Shown here: one piece after another, positions 21,972 to 36,499 of the stretch
How positions within the stretch are numbered: position 1 is the first letter of the stretch
Layout of the letters: the number at the start of each line of letters is the position of its first letter
Source: Eledone cirrhosa
Lineage: Eukaryota
Reading direction: 5' to 3'
Assembly: GCA_964016885.1 (NCBI GenBank)
Contig: OZ024763.1
Span: 13,640,001-13,704,000 of the forward strand
Length of the DNA stretch: 64,000 bases
Program-made: the position numbers and the translations under genes
Notes under the pieces: model-generated
The model's database searches: none
The model's input: the letters and a program-made list of their open reading frames with translations, nothing else
Told to the model about the DNA's origin: nothing

Positions 21972-22245
21972 AGAATTAGCCGTCGAAACGGCTTGAGCTC
22001 AGCCGTCGGGGTCCTACTCGTTCCTATATATATATATATATCTATTGTTATACTTGGGGAGGGTCATATTTGTGTAATATTGCCAGAATTAATAACAGAA
22101 CACACTCACTGTTTGGTTGGTTTTTGCTTCTATGTCTTTTATATCGGTAATCTAATTTATTCGGTCCTCAATGTTGCCATTGACTGACCAACGGTCAAAA
22201 ATAATACAGACACAATATAGACACAAACACATATATATATAGTTT

Positions 22246-22287
22246 ATCAAAGTTCTTTCGTTGCACATCTGCAACATCGTCAGTGGT
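22246..22287 (-). ncRNA. Minimal hammerhead ribozyme with an extra base after A9
   Basis: ACCA-CTGACGA-t-GTTGCAgatgTGCAAC-GAAA-GaaC-TT^TGAT; stem I has one mismatch; duplicated at 22507-22548. Confidence 0.55.
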
Positions 22288-22506
22288 GCTATTGTTTCCT
22301 CCCGTTGCATTGTATGTCTACGCCATCTTTTTCCATATATATATATATATAATAATAATTCAAGAAAGAAGAGTGACATGGTTCGCGATGCAATAAGGGC
22401 TTTATTCACATTGCTGACAATTGTTTCTTTGATCTGGTAGGTCTAGAGTTCGCTAATCGCTTGAGGTTGCGTCAATCCTGGAGTATCAAACACATATATA
22501 TAGTTT

Positions 22507-22548
22507 ATCAAAGTTCTTTCGTTGCACATCTGCAACATCGTCAGTGGT
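22507..22548 (-). ncRNA. Minimal hammerhead ribozyme (duplicate of 22246-22287)
   Basis: Same sequence inside a direct repeat of about 100 bp. Confidence 0.55.
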
Positions 22549-22610
22549 GCTATTGTTTCCTCCCATTATATTGTATGTCTACACCATCTTTATTTAGTCT
22601 GTTTATATAT

Positions 22611-22641
<31 letters not shown>

Positions 22642-22706
22642 TTTGTTTGTTTATTTTATTTTGTCTTCTTTGCGCATGCGTTTGCGTGTGTGTGTATATA
22701 TATATA

Positions 22707-23059
22707 CAGTGTACCCCCGACATCTGCGATCCTGGTTATTCGCAGAATTTTCCTTAGAACCTAACAAATAATTGTTCATGGAAACCACCGCATATTCACG
22801 GAATCATAAATATCTTCTGTGATTATTTTACACCTTTTTTCGTTGCAATATATATTTTAAACTCTAAATTATCAATAACAACAAACCCTATTTGCTGGCC
22901 TATTGCATAAGATGCTCCCCCTATTTTCTTATTAAATTTTACATTATATTTTTGAAGTTTATAGGCATTTTTATGACTATATCCAATATTTGCAGTTTTT
23001 CACTCTTCGTGGGTGCTCTAGGAATGTATGTAACCCCCGAGAATACCAGGGGACTACTG
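22707..23059. mobile_element. Tc1/mariner-pogo-like MITE
   Basis: TA|CAGTGTACCCCCG ... CCAGGGGACTACTG|TA; imperfect TIRs with TA on both sides. Confidence 0.55.
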
Positions 23060-23150
23060 TATATGAAATTCTTTGTCTCTCTGTCTGTCTGTCTGTCTTT
23101 TCCTTATGCCTTCCAAATGATTCAATCAATTCAAATAAAATTTTATAAAT

Positions 23151-23279
23151 TAATAGTATTAGACCGTTAACGTAATAGTATTAGACCGTTAACGTAATAG
23201 TATTAGACCGTTAACGTAATAGTATTAGACCGTTAACGTAATAGTATTAGACCGTTAACGTAATAGTATTAGACCGTTA
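23151..23279. repeat. 22-bp minisatellite (TAGTATTAGACCGTTAACGTAA), about 6 copies
   Basis: Perfect tandem copies; lies in a possible Helitron-like remnant. Confidence 0.9.
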
Positions 23280-24433
23280 GAGTGTTAACATATATTTTTT
23301 ATTTTCTAATTTTATAACATCAAAGAAGAAAAACATCCCAGGTATGCTAATCAAGCTGCTATTTCTAACAGGCTGGGAATCAACCATAAGGGATTCTCTC
23401 TGTGTGTTAGTTGTCAATGACCGTGTTTCGTGGCCAGTCTCTCTGATATGAACACTGGTTTACACACACACACATACTCAACCACACACACACATACTCA
23501 ACCACACACACACACATACTCAACCACAGGCTACTTCTATGCAATGGTACACACTTTACAGCCGGGATGATGATGAACTCTCTCCTAGGGGGTCACTATT
23601 CTTTGAGGCAATCATCAAGGAGAAAATGTCTATACTGATCTGCCTTTCAAATTCTCAAGACTCCAGTTGCCTGTTAGAGCCAGTTTTGACCATAAATAAA
23701 GCCCAGGTAGAGTTTCAAAGTTGTAGGACTAAATACAAGAAAATTGGAGAGAATCACTGCAGTCAAAGTCATTTCTTTGCATGGGTTTTTGTCCATTCTA
23801 AAAAGTTAAAATGATAAAGTATTACTTCTATATAACTTACATCTATTGTTGTAACACCATTGAAATGCACAAGTTTCACCAATTCACTATTATGCACTAA
23901 TCATCTCAAATGCATTCATGATTTACTAGCTTTGTCATTAAGCCAGTTGCCTCAACTAGATTGCAATTATACTCAAAAGAACTTTAAAATGTCAATCACT
24001 TCTCAGTAATTCACTATGATCATTTAATTATTAGATAGTTGTTGCTTGCATTGCCTTAAAAAATAGTAGACCAGATAGAAAAATGCATACAGCAAAAAAA
24101 AGTAATATTGTTGGAATATAAACCTTTAAAAATACAGGACAAGAAACTAAAATAAAACTTTAAAAGAATAGGACAAGGAACTAAGATAAAATAAACATGA
24201 ATTCTTTCAAATGATTTGATGGATTTCTATAAGTAGTTGATAGCTTCTGATACTTTGGGTCAGACATCCCCAACCACTAGGCCATGGATCATTTGCTACC
24301 GGGCCACAAAGAAATAATTAACTTGTTTAAAATGATTTAATAGATAAATTGAATATTGGACTTGAATTTAAAGAGATTTGTTTAAATATTCAATATTCAT
24401 ATATTCAAAACTGTAAGCACATTTTATAATTAA

Positions 24434-24654
24434 CCCTTTAGCATTTACATTACTCTATATATACTTTTGTATTTTCGCAGTAAATACTTTATTTTATGAT
24501 TACACCACACAATATTGAATCTATGAGATTTTGATATTATTTATTTTGGGAACAATACATTAACATAAAGATGAGCAGTCGGTTATGGGTGGTTTGAACA
24601 GAAAAGGTGAGAGAATTCTGGCCCGGATGTGGCCAGTTTAAATATTAAAGAGGG
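24434..24654. mobile_element. piggyBac-like MITE
   Basis: TTAA|CCCTTTAGCATTTA ... TAAATATTAAAGAGGG|TTAA; homologous to 42047-42266. Confidence 0.75.
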
Positions 24655-24732
24655 TTAATCTATATTTTATGTCTACCGTTTCTATCTTTCATTACTTCAT
24701 GATGATGATATATATATATATATATATATATA

Positions 24733-24926
24733 TAGGAAAAAGTATGACCCCGACGGCAGAGCTCAAGCCGTTTCAACGGCTAGTTCTGGACTCAGAAATA
24801 GCCATCGAAACGGCTTGAGCTCTGCCGTCGGGGTCATACTTTTTCCTATTTCCCACTCTACTACCCTAAGTATTGAGTACTCTGGTGCGTTATGGTCCAT
24901 CTGGTTCCTTACCACAATTCCTTTGT

Positions 24927-24930
<4 letters not shown>
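24733..24930. mobile_element. Fold-back element carrying the 3' half of a hammerhead
   Basis: Palindrome 24733-24848; each arm contains GAAA-CGGC ttgagctct GCCG-TC^GGGG; related copies at 21968-22027, 32540-32680, 63838-64000. Confidence 0.6.
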
Positions 24931-24958
<28 letters not shown>

Positions 24959-24979
24959 GTTATATATATATAAATATAT

Positions 24980-25248
24980 GTCGTGTAGGTATCACCATCC
25001 AGGCCGAGACAAATGAGATTGTGTAGGTGTCACGACAAAAAAACACACAGTCCACGCTGTAATGTGGCCGTGTAGGCAACACGGTAAAAACCTCCCAGCC
25101 CCACACTGTAAATGTGGTTGGTGTTAGGAAGGGCATCCAGCCGTAGAAAACCTGCCAGACAGTCCTATGCGAGCAAGACAACCACTCTTGCCTCAAGTGG
25201 GAAAACTCCCGTCCAAACCCATGCAAGCGTGGAAGATGGACGTTAAAC

Positions 25249-25281
<33 letters not shown>

Positions 25282-25962
25282 ATATATATACACACACACA
25301 CACACGCACACATATACACACATATTTTTATATATATATATATATATATGTTTGGTATGGTCACGTGATGCACATGAAAGACGACAGCTGTATAACAAAG
25401 TGCAGGGCAATAAAGATAGACGGTAGCCACGGAGTAGGCAGACCCAGAAAAACCTGGGACGACCTGATAAATTCCGACCTCATACACTTACACCTCTCCA
25501 AGACAATGTCACTGGACCGAGATCTTTGGTGGTACTCAGTAATAGAGAAGACCTGCCTTACCTAAATACAAAGTAAAACCTACTACAGTCAGTAGGCATC
25601 TCTAACAAAACACACCTCCGTCCCACCACCCCCACCCCATCCACACCGCCCCTTTCAATGTAAAGTTATGTTGGTGCCACAACATCCAGGCCGAAACAAA
25701 TGAGATCATGTAGGTGTCACGACAAAAAAAAAAAACACAGTCCACGCTGTAATGTGGCCGTGTAGGTAACACGGTAAAAACCTCCCAGCCCCACACTGTA
25801 AATGTGGTTGGTGTTAGGAAGGGCATCCAGCTGTAGAAAACCCGCCAGACAGTCCTATGCGAGCAAGACAACCACTCTTGCCTCAAGTGGGAAAACTCCC
25901 GTCCAAACCCATGCAAGCGTGGAAGATGGACGTTAAACGATGATGATGATGGTGATGATGAT
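24980..25962 (+). mobile_element. Two RTE family C 3' fragments (24980-25278, 25350-25962)
   Basis: WYGHVMHMKDDSCITKCRAIKIDGSHGVGRPRKTW; both end GTGGAAGATGGACGTTAAAC(GAT)n. Confidence 0.8.
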
Positions 25963-26077
25963 GTTTCAAAAATGTTGGGGTTTGACTTTTCTGATGGTTT
26001 TTCCTTTTGCTAATAAAATGTTTTACGGTGTACATTAACATGTATGTATAATGCAGTAAAAGAATATATATATATAT

Positions 26078-26482
26078 TACCCAACTACACCTCTCAAAGT
26101 CAATGACACACGACCGTGACTTCTGGCGTCACGCAGTAATACAGGGTACCCGACCTCCCATGGGTACATGCTGAAGCATATAAACAATATGCCCCCACTC
26201 CCCCCACCGCAAGGTGGTCGTGGAGGTGCCACGGCAAAAAAGCACCCAGCCCACACTGTAAAGTGGACGTGTAGGCGCCACGAAAAAGCACCCAGCACTC
26301 ACTGTAAATGAGGTTGGTGTTAGGAAGGGCATCCAGCTGTAGAAATCAAGCCAGATCAGTTCCTGTATGAGCAAGGCATGGTCAGCCGACCAGACACTGC
26401 CCACAACAGGACAACCCGTCTAACCCATGCTAGCGTGGAAGAACGGACGTAAAACGGTGATGATGATGATGATGATGATGAT
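26078..26482 (+). mobile_element. RTE-related 3' UTR / SINE-tail element
   Basis: Shares the GTTAGGAAGGGCATCCAGC block and the CCCATGCTAGCGTGGAAGAACGGACGTAAAAC end with SINE B. Confidence 0.7.
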
Positions 26483-26574
26483 ATATATATATGCAAAAGT
26501 TCTATTTAAATTGTTGGGATACAAAAAGCAAATATTTTTATAACTGATATAAAGCACTCAACAAGGATTTGGAG

Positions 26575-26623
<49 letters not shown>

Positions 26624-26634
26624 AGACAACTTAC

Positions 26635-26888
26635 CTGAAAATAAAAGTATGTCCTCAGCTGGTGAATGTGTATAGCAGTTATGTTACAACAGGTGGTCTG
26701 TTTCACATGGTGGTGATGATGTGGTGATAGTGGTGGGGGTGATGGTGGTGGTGGTGAAGGTTGTGTTGGTGATAGTGGTGGTGGTGGTGGTGGTGGTGAA
26801 GGTTGTGTTGGTGGTGGTGAAGGTAGGGGTGATGGTGTGTGTTGGAAATCATTTCATATCATTGCTACTCCATACATATTGAACATTT
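26635..26888 (-). other. Candidate non-coding exon
   Basis: Acceptor tatacag| at 26889-26890 and perfect donor CAG|gtaagt at 26634; stops in all three frames. Confidence 0.3.
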
Positions 26889-26939
26889 CTGTATATAAAC
26901 ACAAGCATACGCTCATATTCTCTCTCTCTATCTCTCTCT

Positions 26940-27014
26940 CTCTATAACACACACACACACACACATATATATAACATACACACACATATATATATAACAT
27001 ACATACACACACAT

Positions 27015-27082
<68 letters not shown>

Positions 27083-27096
27083 ACATACACACACAT

Positions 27097-27142
<46 letters not shown>

Positions 27143-27182
27143 ACATACACACATATATATATCATACATACACACACATATA

Positions 27183-27219
<37 letters not shown>

Positions 27220-27261
27220 ACATACACACACATATATATAACATACATACACACACATATA

Positions 27262-27300
<39 letters not shown>

Positions 27301-27383
27301 ACATACACACACATATATATAACATACATACACACACATATATAACACACACACATATATATAACATACATACACACACATAT

Positions 27384-27441
<58 letters not shown>

Positions 27442-27525
27442 ACATACACACTCACATACATATAACATACACACACATATATATAACATACACACACATA
27501 TATATAACATACATACACACATATA

Positions 27526-27556
<31 letters not shown>

Positions 27557-27623
27557 ACATATACACTCACATACATATAACATACACACACATATATATA
27601 ACATACATACACACACATATATA

Positions 27624-27654
<31 letters not shown>

Positions 27655-27815
27655 ACATACATACACACACATACATAACACACACATATATAACATACAT
27701 ACACACAGATATATAACACACACACACATATATATATATATACATATAACATACACACTCACATACATATAACATACACACACATATATATAACATACAT
27801 ACACACACATATATA

Positions 27816-27848
<33 letters not shown>

Positions 27849-27928
27849 ACATACACACTCACATACATATAACATACACACACATATATAACATATACAT
27901 ACACACATATATAACACACACATATATA

Positions 27929-27961
<33 letters not shown>

Positions 27962-28026
27962 ACATACACACTCACATACATATAACATGCACACACATAT
28001 ATATAACATACATACACACATATATA

Positions 28027-28061
<35 letters not shown>

Positions 28062-28126
28062 ACATACACACTCACATACATATAACATACACACACATAT
28101 ATATAACATACATACACACATATATA

Positions 28127-28162
<36 letters not shown>

Positions 28163-28228
28163 CATACACACTCACATACATATAACATACACACACATAT
28201 ATATAACATACATACACACACATATATA

Positions 28229-28265
<37 letters not shown>

Positions 28266-28330
28266 ACATACACACTCACATACATATAACATACACACAC
28301 ATATATATAACATACATACACACATATATA

Positions 28331-28376
<46 letters not shown>

Positions 28377-28442
28377 CATACACACTCACATACATATAAC
28401 ATACACACACATATATATAACATACATACACACACATATATA

Positions 28443-28481
<39 letters not shown>

Positions 28482-28649
28482 ACATACACACTCACATACA
28501 TATAACATACACACACATATATATAACATACATACACACATATATAGCACATATATAACACACACACACACATATATATATATAACATACACACTCACAT
28601 ACATATAACATACACACACATATATATAACATACATACACACATATATA

Positions 28650-28685
<36 letters not shown>

Positions 28686-28749
28686 CATACACACTCACAT
28701 ACATATAACATACACACACATATATATAACATACATACACACATATATA

Positions 28750-28785
<36 letters not shown>

Positions 28786-28851
28786 CATACACACTCACAT
28801 ACATATAACATACACACACATATATATAACATACATACACACACATATATA

Positions 28852-28884
<33 letters not shown>

Positions 28885-28949
28885 ACATACACACTCACAT
28901 ACATATAACATACACACACATATATATAACATACATACACACATATATA

Positions 28950-28989
<40 letters not shown>

Positions 28990-29055
28990 CATACACACTC
29001 ACATACATATAACATACACACACATATATATAACATACATACACACACATATATA

Positions 29056-29098
<43 letters not shown>

Positions 29099-29218
29099 AC
29101 ATACACACTCACATACATATAACATACACACACATATATATAACATACATACACACATATATAGCACATATATAACACACACACACACATATATATAACA
29201 TACATACACACATATATA

Positions 29219-29262
<44 letters not shown>

Positions 29263-29326
29263 CATACACACTCACATACATATAACATACACACACATAT
29301 ATATAACATACATACACACATATATA

Positions 29327-29396
<70 letters not shown>

Positions 29397-29462
29397 CATA
29401 CACACTCACATACATATAACATACACACACATATATATAACATACATACACACACACATATA

Positions 29463-29520
<58 letters not shown>

Positions 29521-29586
29521 CATACACACTCACATACATATAACATACACACACATATATATAACATACATACACACACACATATA

Positions 29587-29625
<39 letters not shown>

Positions 29626-29745
29626 ACATACACACTCACATACATATAACATACACACACATATATATAACATACATACACACATATATAGCACATATAT
29701 AACACACACACACACATATATATAACATACATACACACATATATA

Positions 29746-29789
<44 letters not shown>

Positions 29790-29810
29790 CATACACACTC
29801 ACATACAAAC
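26940..29810. repeat. Higher-order (CA)/(TA) compound satellite, unit about 100-110 bp
   Basis: Anchor ATAACATACACACTCACATACATATAAC recurs roughly every 100-130 bp with variable (CA)n and (TA)n. Confidence 0.9.
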
Positions 29811-29861
29811 ACAAATAGGAAGTATCTATTTGTATAAAACATGCACAAAACTCATATTTGC

Positions 29862-30585
29862 ATCATCATCCTCATCATCTTCGTTAAACATCCATCTTCC
29901 ACGCTAGCATGGGTTAGACGGGAGTTGTCCCACTTGAGGCAAGGCTGGTCAGGTGACAGTGTCTCGCTCGTATAGGACTGTCTGGCAGGTTTTCTACAGC
30001 TGGATGCCCTTCCTAACACCAACCACGTTTACAGTGTGCAACTGGGAACTTTTTACCGTGTTACCTACACGACCACATTACAGTGTGGACTGTCTGGCAG
30101 GTTTTCTACAGCTGGATGCCCTTCCTAACACCAACCACATTTACAGTGTGCAACTGGGAACTTTTTACCGTGTTACCTACACGACCACATTACAGTGTGG
30201 ACTGTGTGTTTTTTGTCGTGACACCTACACGATCTCAATCTCATTATCTCATTTATTTGGACTGGTTGTTGTGGTACCAACTTTACAGAGAGAGGGTGGT
30301 GTTGGTGGGAGTGGGAGGATAGGGTAGGGGTAGTGGATTGGGGTGTATATTAAGAGGTGCCTACTGACTGTAGGTTTCGCTTTGTACATAGGCAAAGCGG
30401 GTCTTCTGTATTACTGTGTAGCGCCAAAGCTCTCGGTCCAGTGACATTGTCTTAGAGAGGTGTAAGTGTGTGAGGTCGGAATTTATCAGATCATCCCAGG
30501 TTTTTCTGGGTCTACCTACTCCGTAACTCCCATCAATTTTGATCGCCCTGCACTTTTTTATACAGCTGTTGTCTTTCATGCGCAT
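29862..30585 (-). mobile_element. RTE family C 3' fragment
   Basis: MRMKDNSCIKKCRAIKIDGSYGVGRPRKTWDDL plus 3' UTR and GAT-repeat tail. Confidence 0.8.
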
Positions 30586-30615
30586 ATACATATATATACA
30601 CATTTATATACATAA

Positions 30616-30646
<31 letters not shown>

Positions 30647-31302
30647 CATATATACACATATAAACGTATAAATATATATTTTTAATTATATATAAAAATA
30701 CAGATAAAGTTTCTGGAAGAGAAATTGCAGGGTTTGCACTTGCAGATAGCTAACTCTGTCCCCTATAGTAAGGTTGTGGTCTGGGTCAACTCTGTCCCCT
30801 ATAGTAGGGATGTGGTCTGGGTCCAACTCTGTCCCCTATAGTAGCTATTAACCACCTTAGCCAAAAAAGCGAAGAAGCTAAACGGGTCAAACAAAATAAG
30901 ATATGATTGATAAATATATAGTTAACTATCTCTAATACTTTGACGTGTCAATGAAAGGACAAGATATATTAATAAATTATCTACTCAGAGAAGTAATAAA
31001 ATATATTAAACTTAAGCCAAGATCTCTATTTGGTGAGATTTAAGCTAGACTGACTAAAATAAGTCGGTTTTATTCATATAGTTCCCTAACCATGGTTTCT
31101 GGAATTCAAGAAACAATAATAAATAGTTATTCCAAGACATTGTATATATATATATCTATATATACATATATATCTGTAAGAAGGTGAGTAATATTGTAGA
31201 ACAATAAAACTATGCATATATCAGATAAGTAGCACTCAACAGTTGGTAGAGCTGGAGTATATATTAAAGAAGAAATTAAAAGATGGTTAAAAAAGTTCCA
31301 TA

Positions 31303-31372
31303 TATTTTATTATGCACATTTCAAAAACAACATCATCCTGGGACAAAAATTGTGTTCTCATCAGATAAAATA
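31303..31372 (-). ncRNA. Type I hammerhead ribozyme (left arm of 31266-31554 inverted repeat)
   Basis: TATTTTAT-CTGATGA-long stem II-GAAA-TGTGCA-TA^ATAAAATA. Confidence 0.75.
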
Positions 31373-31446
31373 AGGTAGACTTAAATATATGTAGACTTTG
31401 CACTTTCCTGTTGACAAGTGTTTTTAGGCCTCATATCATATTACCT

Positions 31447-31516
31447 TATTTTATCTGATGAGAACACAATTTTTGTCCCAGGATGATGTTGTTTTCGAAA
31501 TGTGCATAATAAAATA
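31447..31516 (+). ncRNA. Type I hammerhead ribozyme (right arm)
   Basis: 8-bp stem I, CTGATGA 31455-31461, stem II closed by G-C, GAAA 31497-31500, predicted cut after 31508. Confidence 0.8.
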
Positions 31517-31822
31517 TATAGAACTTTTTTAACCATCTTTTAATTTCTTCTTTTATACATATATATATATATATATATAGATAAATCTACCAAAAGTTTA
31601 CGGTAGTGTCCAATCCGTATGAAGAACTCAATCATTATTTCTGAAGACAGCATATATATGTGTAGGTATGTATATTCCCTCTGATAGTTTGTATAAATAT
31701 TGTACATAGATCTATAGAATATGCATACCAACTCTAACACATATATATCCTAGAAACGATCGTAAAATGATGAATTTTTTTAATATAAGGAACTGTTTCT
31801 TTGTTTATTCATTATTTTATTA

Positions 31823-31883
<61 letters not shown>

Positions 31884-32242
31884 ATAACAAGATATTGTTT
31901 AAGGTAATCCAGTTAGAGGTTATGAGTACTCTGTATTGAGGATAGTTTTAACGTCTGGCGTTGTTTGACTCAACCAGAAGTTTCCTTAGTCAGGTGGCCT
32001 GTTTAAGAGAGTTCCTAAGCAGGCAGTTCTTGGAGTAATAATAGTAAAAGAATGGAGAATAACGTGGTCAGCTGTACAATAGGGTTTATTTAAAGTATTA
32101 ACAATTGTCTCATTAGTCTGGTGTGTTTAAAAGTCGCTGATCGTTAGAAGCTACGTCACTCAATTTTAATTATATTCGATACCCGACCAAATCAGTTTCT
32201 GACGATTTGGTCGGGTATTGAATATAATTAAAGTTGAGTGAT

Positions 32243-32520
32243 GAGGCACGTGGTGTAGTCGTAAGGGTATTGTACTTACAATCATAATGTTGTGGGTTTG
32301 ATTCCTAGGTTGTGTGTTGTGTTCTTGAGTAAAACACTTCATTTCACATTGCTCCAGTAGACTCAGCTGAAAATGAGTACCAGCAATAGCTGGAGGTTTA
32401 ACCCTGCGATGGACTGGCGTCCTGTCCAGGGGGCAGTCTTGTACTCTCAGTCGCTTCATGCCATGAAACCAGGATAAGCACCGGCCAAATGAACCTTCTG
32501 GCTTAAGACAGACTTTAAAC
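32243..32520 (+). mobile_element. tRNA-derived SINE with V-domain-like core
   Basis: Degenerate A/B boxes and CCTGCGATGGACTGGCGTCCTGTCCAGGGG, which resembles the V-SINE core. Confidence 0.65.
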
Positions 32521-32869
32521 TTTTAGTATATATATATATGAGTCCAGAATTAGCCGTCGAAACGGCTTGAGCTCAGCCGTCGGGGTCCTACTCGTTCCTA
32601 TTACCCACTCTACTACCCTAAGTATTGAGTACTTTGGTGCGTTATGGTCCACCTGGTTCCTTACCACATTTCTTCCGTTATATATATATATATATATCTA
32701 GTAATAAGAACCATAGAGCAAATATTTATTAAAATAACAGATTAAAGTTTAAGCAAAGAATCGCTGCTTTCACCCTTAACGGGATCTTAACAGCGATTCT
32801 TTGCTTAAACATTAATCTGTTATTTTAATAAATATATATATATATATATACATACATTTTCATATATAT

Positions 32870-32933
<64 letters not shown>

Positions 32934-33082
32934 TTATGTGTGTGTGTGTGTATATATGGTAGTTTTTATGGTGATAATATTGATGAGGAGGGGTGAGACG
33001 TAGCTGGGGAAGGGAAGGGAGGGTGGTGGTGGGGGGGGGAAGGAAGATGAAATATGGGAAGAAACGCCAGAAAATGGTATTT

Positions 33083-33113
<31 letters not shown>

Positions 33114-33227
33114 CATTTTCAATAAATTTATTTCTGAGAGTTAAAATGTAGAATTCTGGAAATGTAATTTCCTGTGGATAATAGAATGGGTAGAGCAACA
33201 GACAGAATTGTTTGTGGCATTTGGTAT

Positions 33228-34529
33228 CATCACCACCACCACCACCACTGCAACCATCACAGTCATTATCATCACCACCACCACCACCATCACCACCACC
33301 ACTGCAACCATCACAGTCATCACCACCACCACCACTGCAACCATCACAGTCATTATCATCACCACCACCATCACCACCACCACTGCAACCATCACAGTCA
33401 TCACCACCATCACCACAACCATCACAGTCTTCACCACTAATCCCACCACCTCTACCCCCACCACCACTACTCCCCACCATCACTAACCCCAACACCACCA
33501 TCAACCCCATCATCACCCCCCCCCCCCCCCCCCCCCCCCCCCCCGCCACCCCCGCCACCACTACTACTCCACCACCACCACCACCACTACTCCACCACCA
33601 CCGCCACCACCACCACCACTACCCCCCCACTACCCCACCCCCACCGCCCTACCGCCACCCTACTACCCCACCACCACCACCACCACCACCACCACCCTAC
33701 CACCACTACCCCACCACCACCACCACCACCACCACCACCACCACCACCACCCTACCACCACTACCCCACCACCACCACCACCACCACCCTACCACCACTA
33801 CCCCACCACCACCACCACCACCACCACCACCACCACCACCACCCTACCATCACTACCCCACCACCACCACCACCACCACCCTACCACCACTACCCCACCA
33901 CCACCACCACCACTACCCCACCATCACCACCACCACTACTCCACCACCACCACTACCCCACCACCACCACCACCACCACCACCACCACTACTCCACCACC
34001 ACCCTACCACCACTACCCCACCACCACCACCACCACTACCCCACCATCACCACCACCACTACTCCACCACCACCACTACCCCACCACCACCACCACCACC
34101 ACCACCACCACCACCCTACCACCACCACTACCCCACCACCACCACCACCACCACCACCACCACCACCACCACCACCACCACCACCACCCTACCACCACCA
34201 CCACCACCACCACCCTACCACCACTACCCCACCACCACCACCACCACCACCACCACCACCACCACCCTACCACCACTACCCCACCACCACCACCACCACC
34301 ACCCTACCACCACTACCCCACCACCACCACCACCACCACCACCACCACCACCACCACCCTACCATCACTACCCCACCACCACCACCACCACCACCCTACC
34401 ACCACTACCCCACCACCACCACCACCACTACCCCACCATCACCACCACCACTACTCCACCACCACCACTACCCCACCACCACCACTACCCCACCACCACC
34501 ACCACCACCACCACCACCACCACCACCAT
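33228..34529. repeat. (CCA)n-rich low-complexity tract
   Basis: Direct inspection; similar tracts at 51650-52320, 59135-60780, 61080-62005. Confidence 0.9.
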
Positions 34530-34594
34530 CTATCTAACAGCAGAGGAAATTAATAGAGGATGTGCAAGTGTCATAGAGGTAATTGATGTTGCAC
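34530..34594 (-). CDS. Candidate terminal coding exon of an unidentified gene
   Basis: Acceptor cacag|GT at 34595-34596; in phase 1 it reads GATSITSMTLAHPLLISSAVR*, joining exon 37382-37307; minus-strand AATAAA at 33127-33132. Confidence 0.3.
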
Positions 34595-34999
34595 CTGTGT
34601 ACCTGTGTGTGTACCTGTGTGTGTACCTGTGTGTGTACCTGTGTGTGTGTACCTCTGTGTGTGTACCTCTGTATGTGTGTGTCTTTGAGTTCCTCTGTGT
34701 GTGTGTGTGTGTTCATCTGTGTGTGTGTGTGTTCCTCTGTATGTGTGTGTCTTTGAGTTCCTCTCTGTGTGTGTGTGTGTGTGTACCTGTGTAGATATGT
34801 ATATGTGTGTGTGTGTGTGTGTGTGTACCTGTGTAGATATGTATGTGTGTGAGTGCGTGTGTGTGTACCTGTGTAGATATGTATGTGTGTGTGTGTGTGT
34901 GTGTACCTGTGTAGATATGTATGTGTGTGTGTGTGTGTGTGTGTACCTGTGTAGATATGTGTGAGTGTGTGTGTGTGTGTGTGTGTACCTGTGTAGATA

Positions 35000-35030
<31 letters not shown>

Positions 35031-35278
35031 ACCTGTGTATATATGTATGTGTGTGTGTGTGTGTGTGTACCTGTGTAGATATGTATGTGTGTGTGTGTGT
35101 GTACCTGTGTAGATATGTATGTGTGTGAGTGTGTACCTGTGTAGATATGTATGTGTGTGTGTGTGTGTGTGTACCTGTGTAGATATGTGTGTGTGTGTGT
35201 GTGTGTACCTGTGTAGATATGTATGTGTGTGTGTGTGTGTACCTGTGTAGATATGTATGTGTGTGTGAGTGTGTGTGT
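34595..35278. repeat. (TG)n-ACCTGTGTAGATATGTA minisatellite
   Basis: Direct inspection. Confidence 0.9.
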
Positions 35279-35467
35279 CATTCTGCATGAAAATGAACCA
35301 ATCACGATATTGTTAACGATCTTTAACCTATTATTAATTTTAAGTAATTAATTATTGTTGATTAATTAAACATTATTAACTAGTTACACATTTCGTTAAC
35401 TAATTGAATATTTTGTCAATTAATTACACCTCGTTAACTAACTAAACATTATTAACTAGTTAGGTGG

Positions 35468-35650
35468 TGGGTTGACAGTATCGGTAGAGGATCTGACGCC
35501 ATGCTTTGCAGCATAGAGTTACGGCCCTTTATGATCTGAGTTCAAATCCCGCCGAGGTTAACTTTGCCTTTCATCCTTACGGGTGTCGATAAAATAAAGC
35601 ACCAGTAATACACTGGGGTAATTGCTGGCCTTGTGCCAAAAGTAGAAACA
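35468..35650 (+). mobile_element. SINE family A
   Basis: Reverse complement of 983-1160. Confidence 0.8.
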
Positions 35651-36499
35651 ATTCTTAACTAGTTACACATCTCGTTAACTAATTATTGATCTCATTAACT
35701 AATTAGGTATCTGAACTAACTAAATATTGTCAATCGGTTAGATACCGTGTTAACTAATTCAACATCATCATCATCATCATCATCATCATCACATTTTACT
35801 GTCCATTCTTCTATGCTTGCATGGGTTAGATGGGTCGTCCACCCTGGGTGGCAAGTCTGGCCAGGGTTGGCCATGTGTCACAGCTTTCTCTAGCGAGGAC
35901 TGTAAATTTGGCCGGGTATTTTACAACAGGATGCCCTTCCTAACACCAACCACGTTTACAATGTTGGACTGGATCACTCCGTAATGAGGAGGGACGGGCC
36001 AGTTGGCCACGCTGAACCTGTCTCACAATGGAACTATAGGTTTGGAGCCCGACCCATCTCACAGCGGAGTCATAGTTTTTTTTTGGGGGGGCCCCGGTAC
36101 TGGATGGCACCAATACGAGGAGCCTAACCCATCTCACAGGGTAGCCATAGTTTTGGGGCTTGATACTGGATGAGGAAGGACAGGTGCAGGGCCACAGTTT
36201 GGGAGCCTGGCGTTGGATGGTACAATTATGTAAAGGGACCAGTTGAAGCCCAGTACTGGATGGTACAGATACAAGGAACCTGACCCATCTCACTGTGTAG
36301 TCATAGTTTTGGGGTCCGGTACTGGAGGATACCATCATGAGGAGGGACAGGTCAGTTGGCCACACTGAACCCATATCATTAATTAATTGGACATCTTAAT
36401 TAATTGTTTCTACTTTTGGCACAAGGCCAGCAATTAAAGTACCAGTAATACACTGAGATAATTGCTGGCCTTGTGCCAAAAGTAGAAACAATTAATTAA

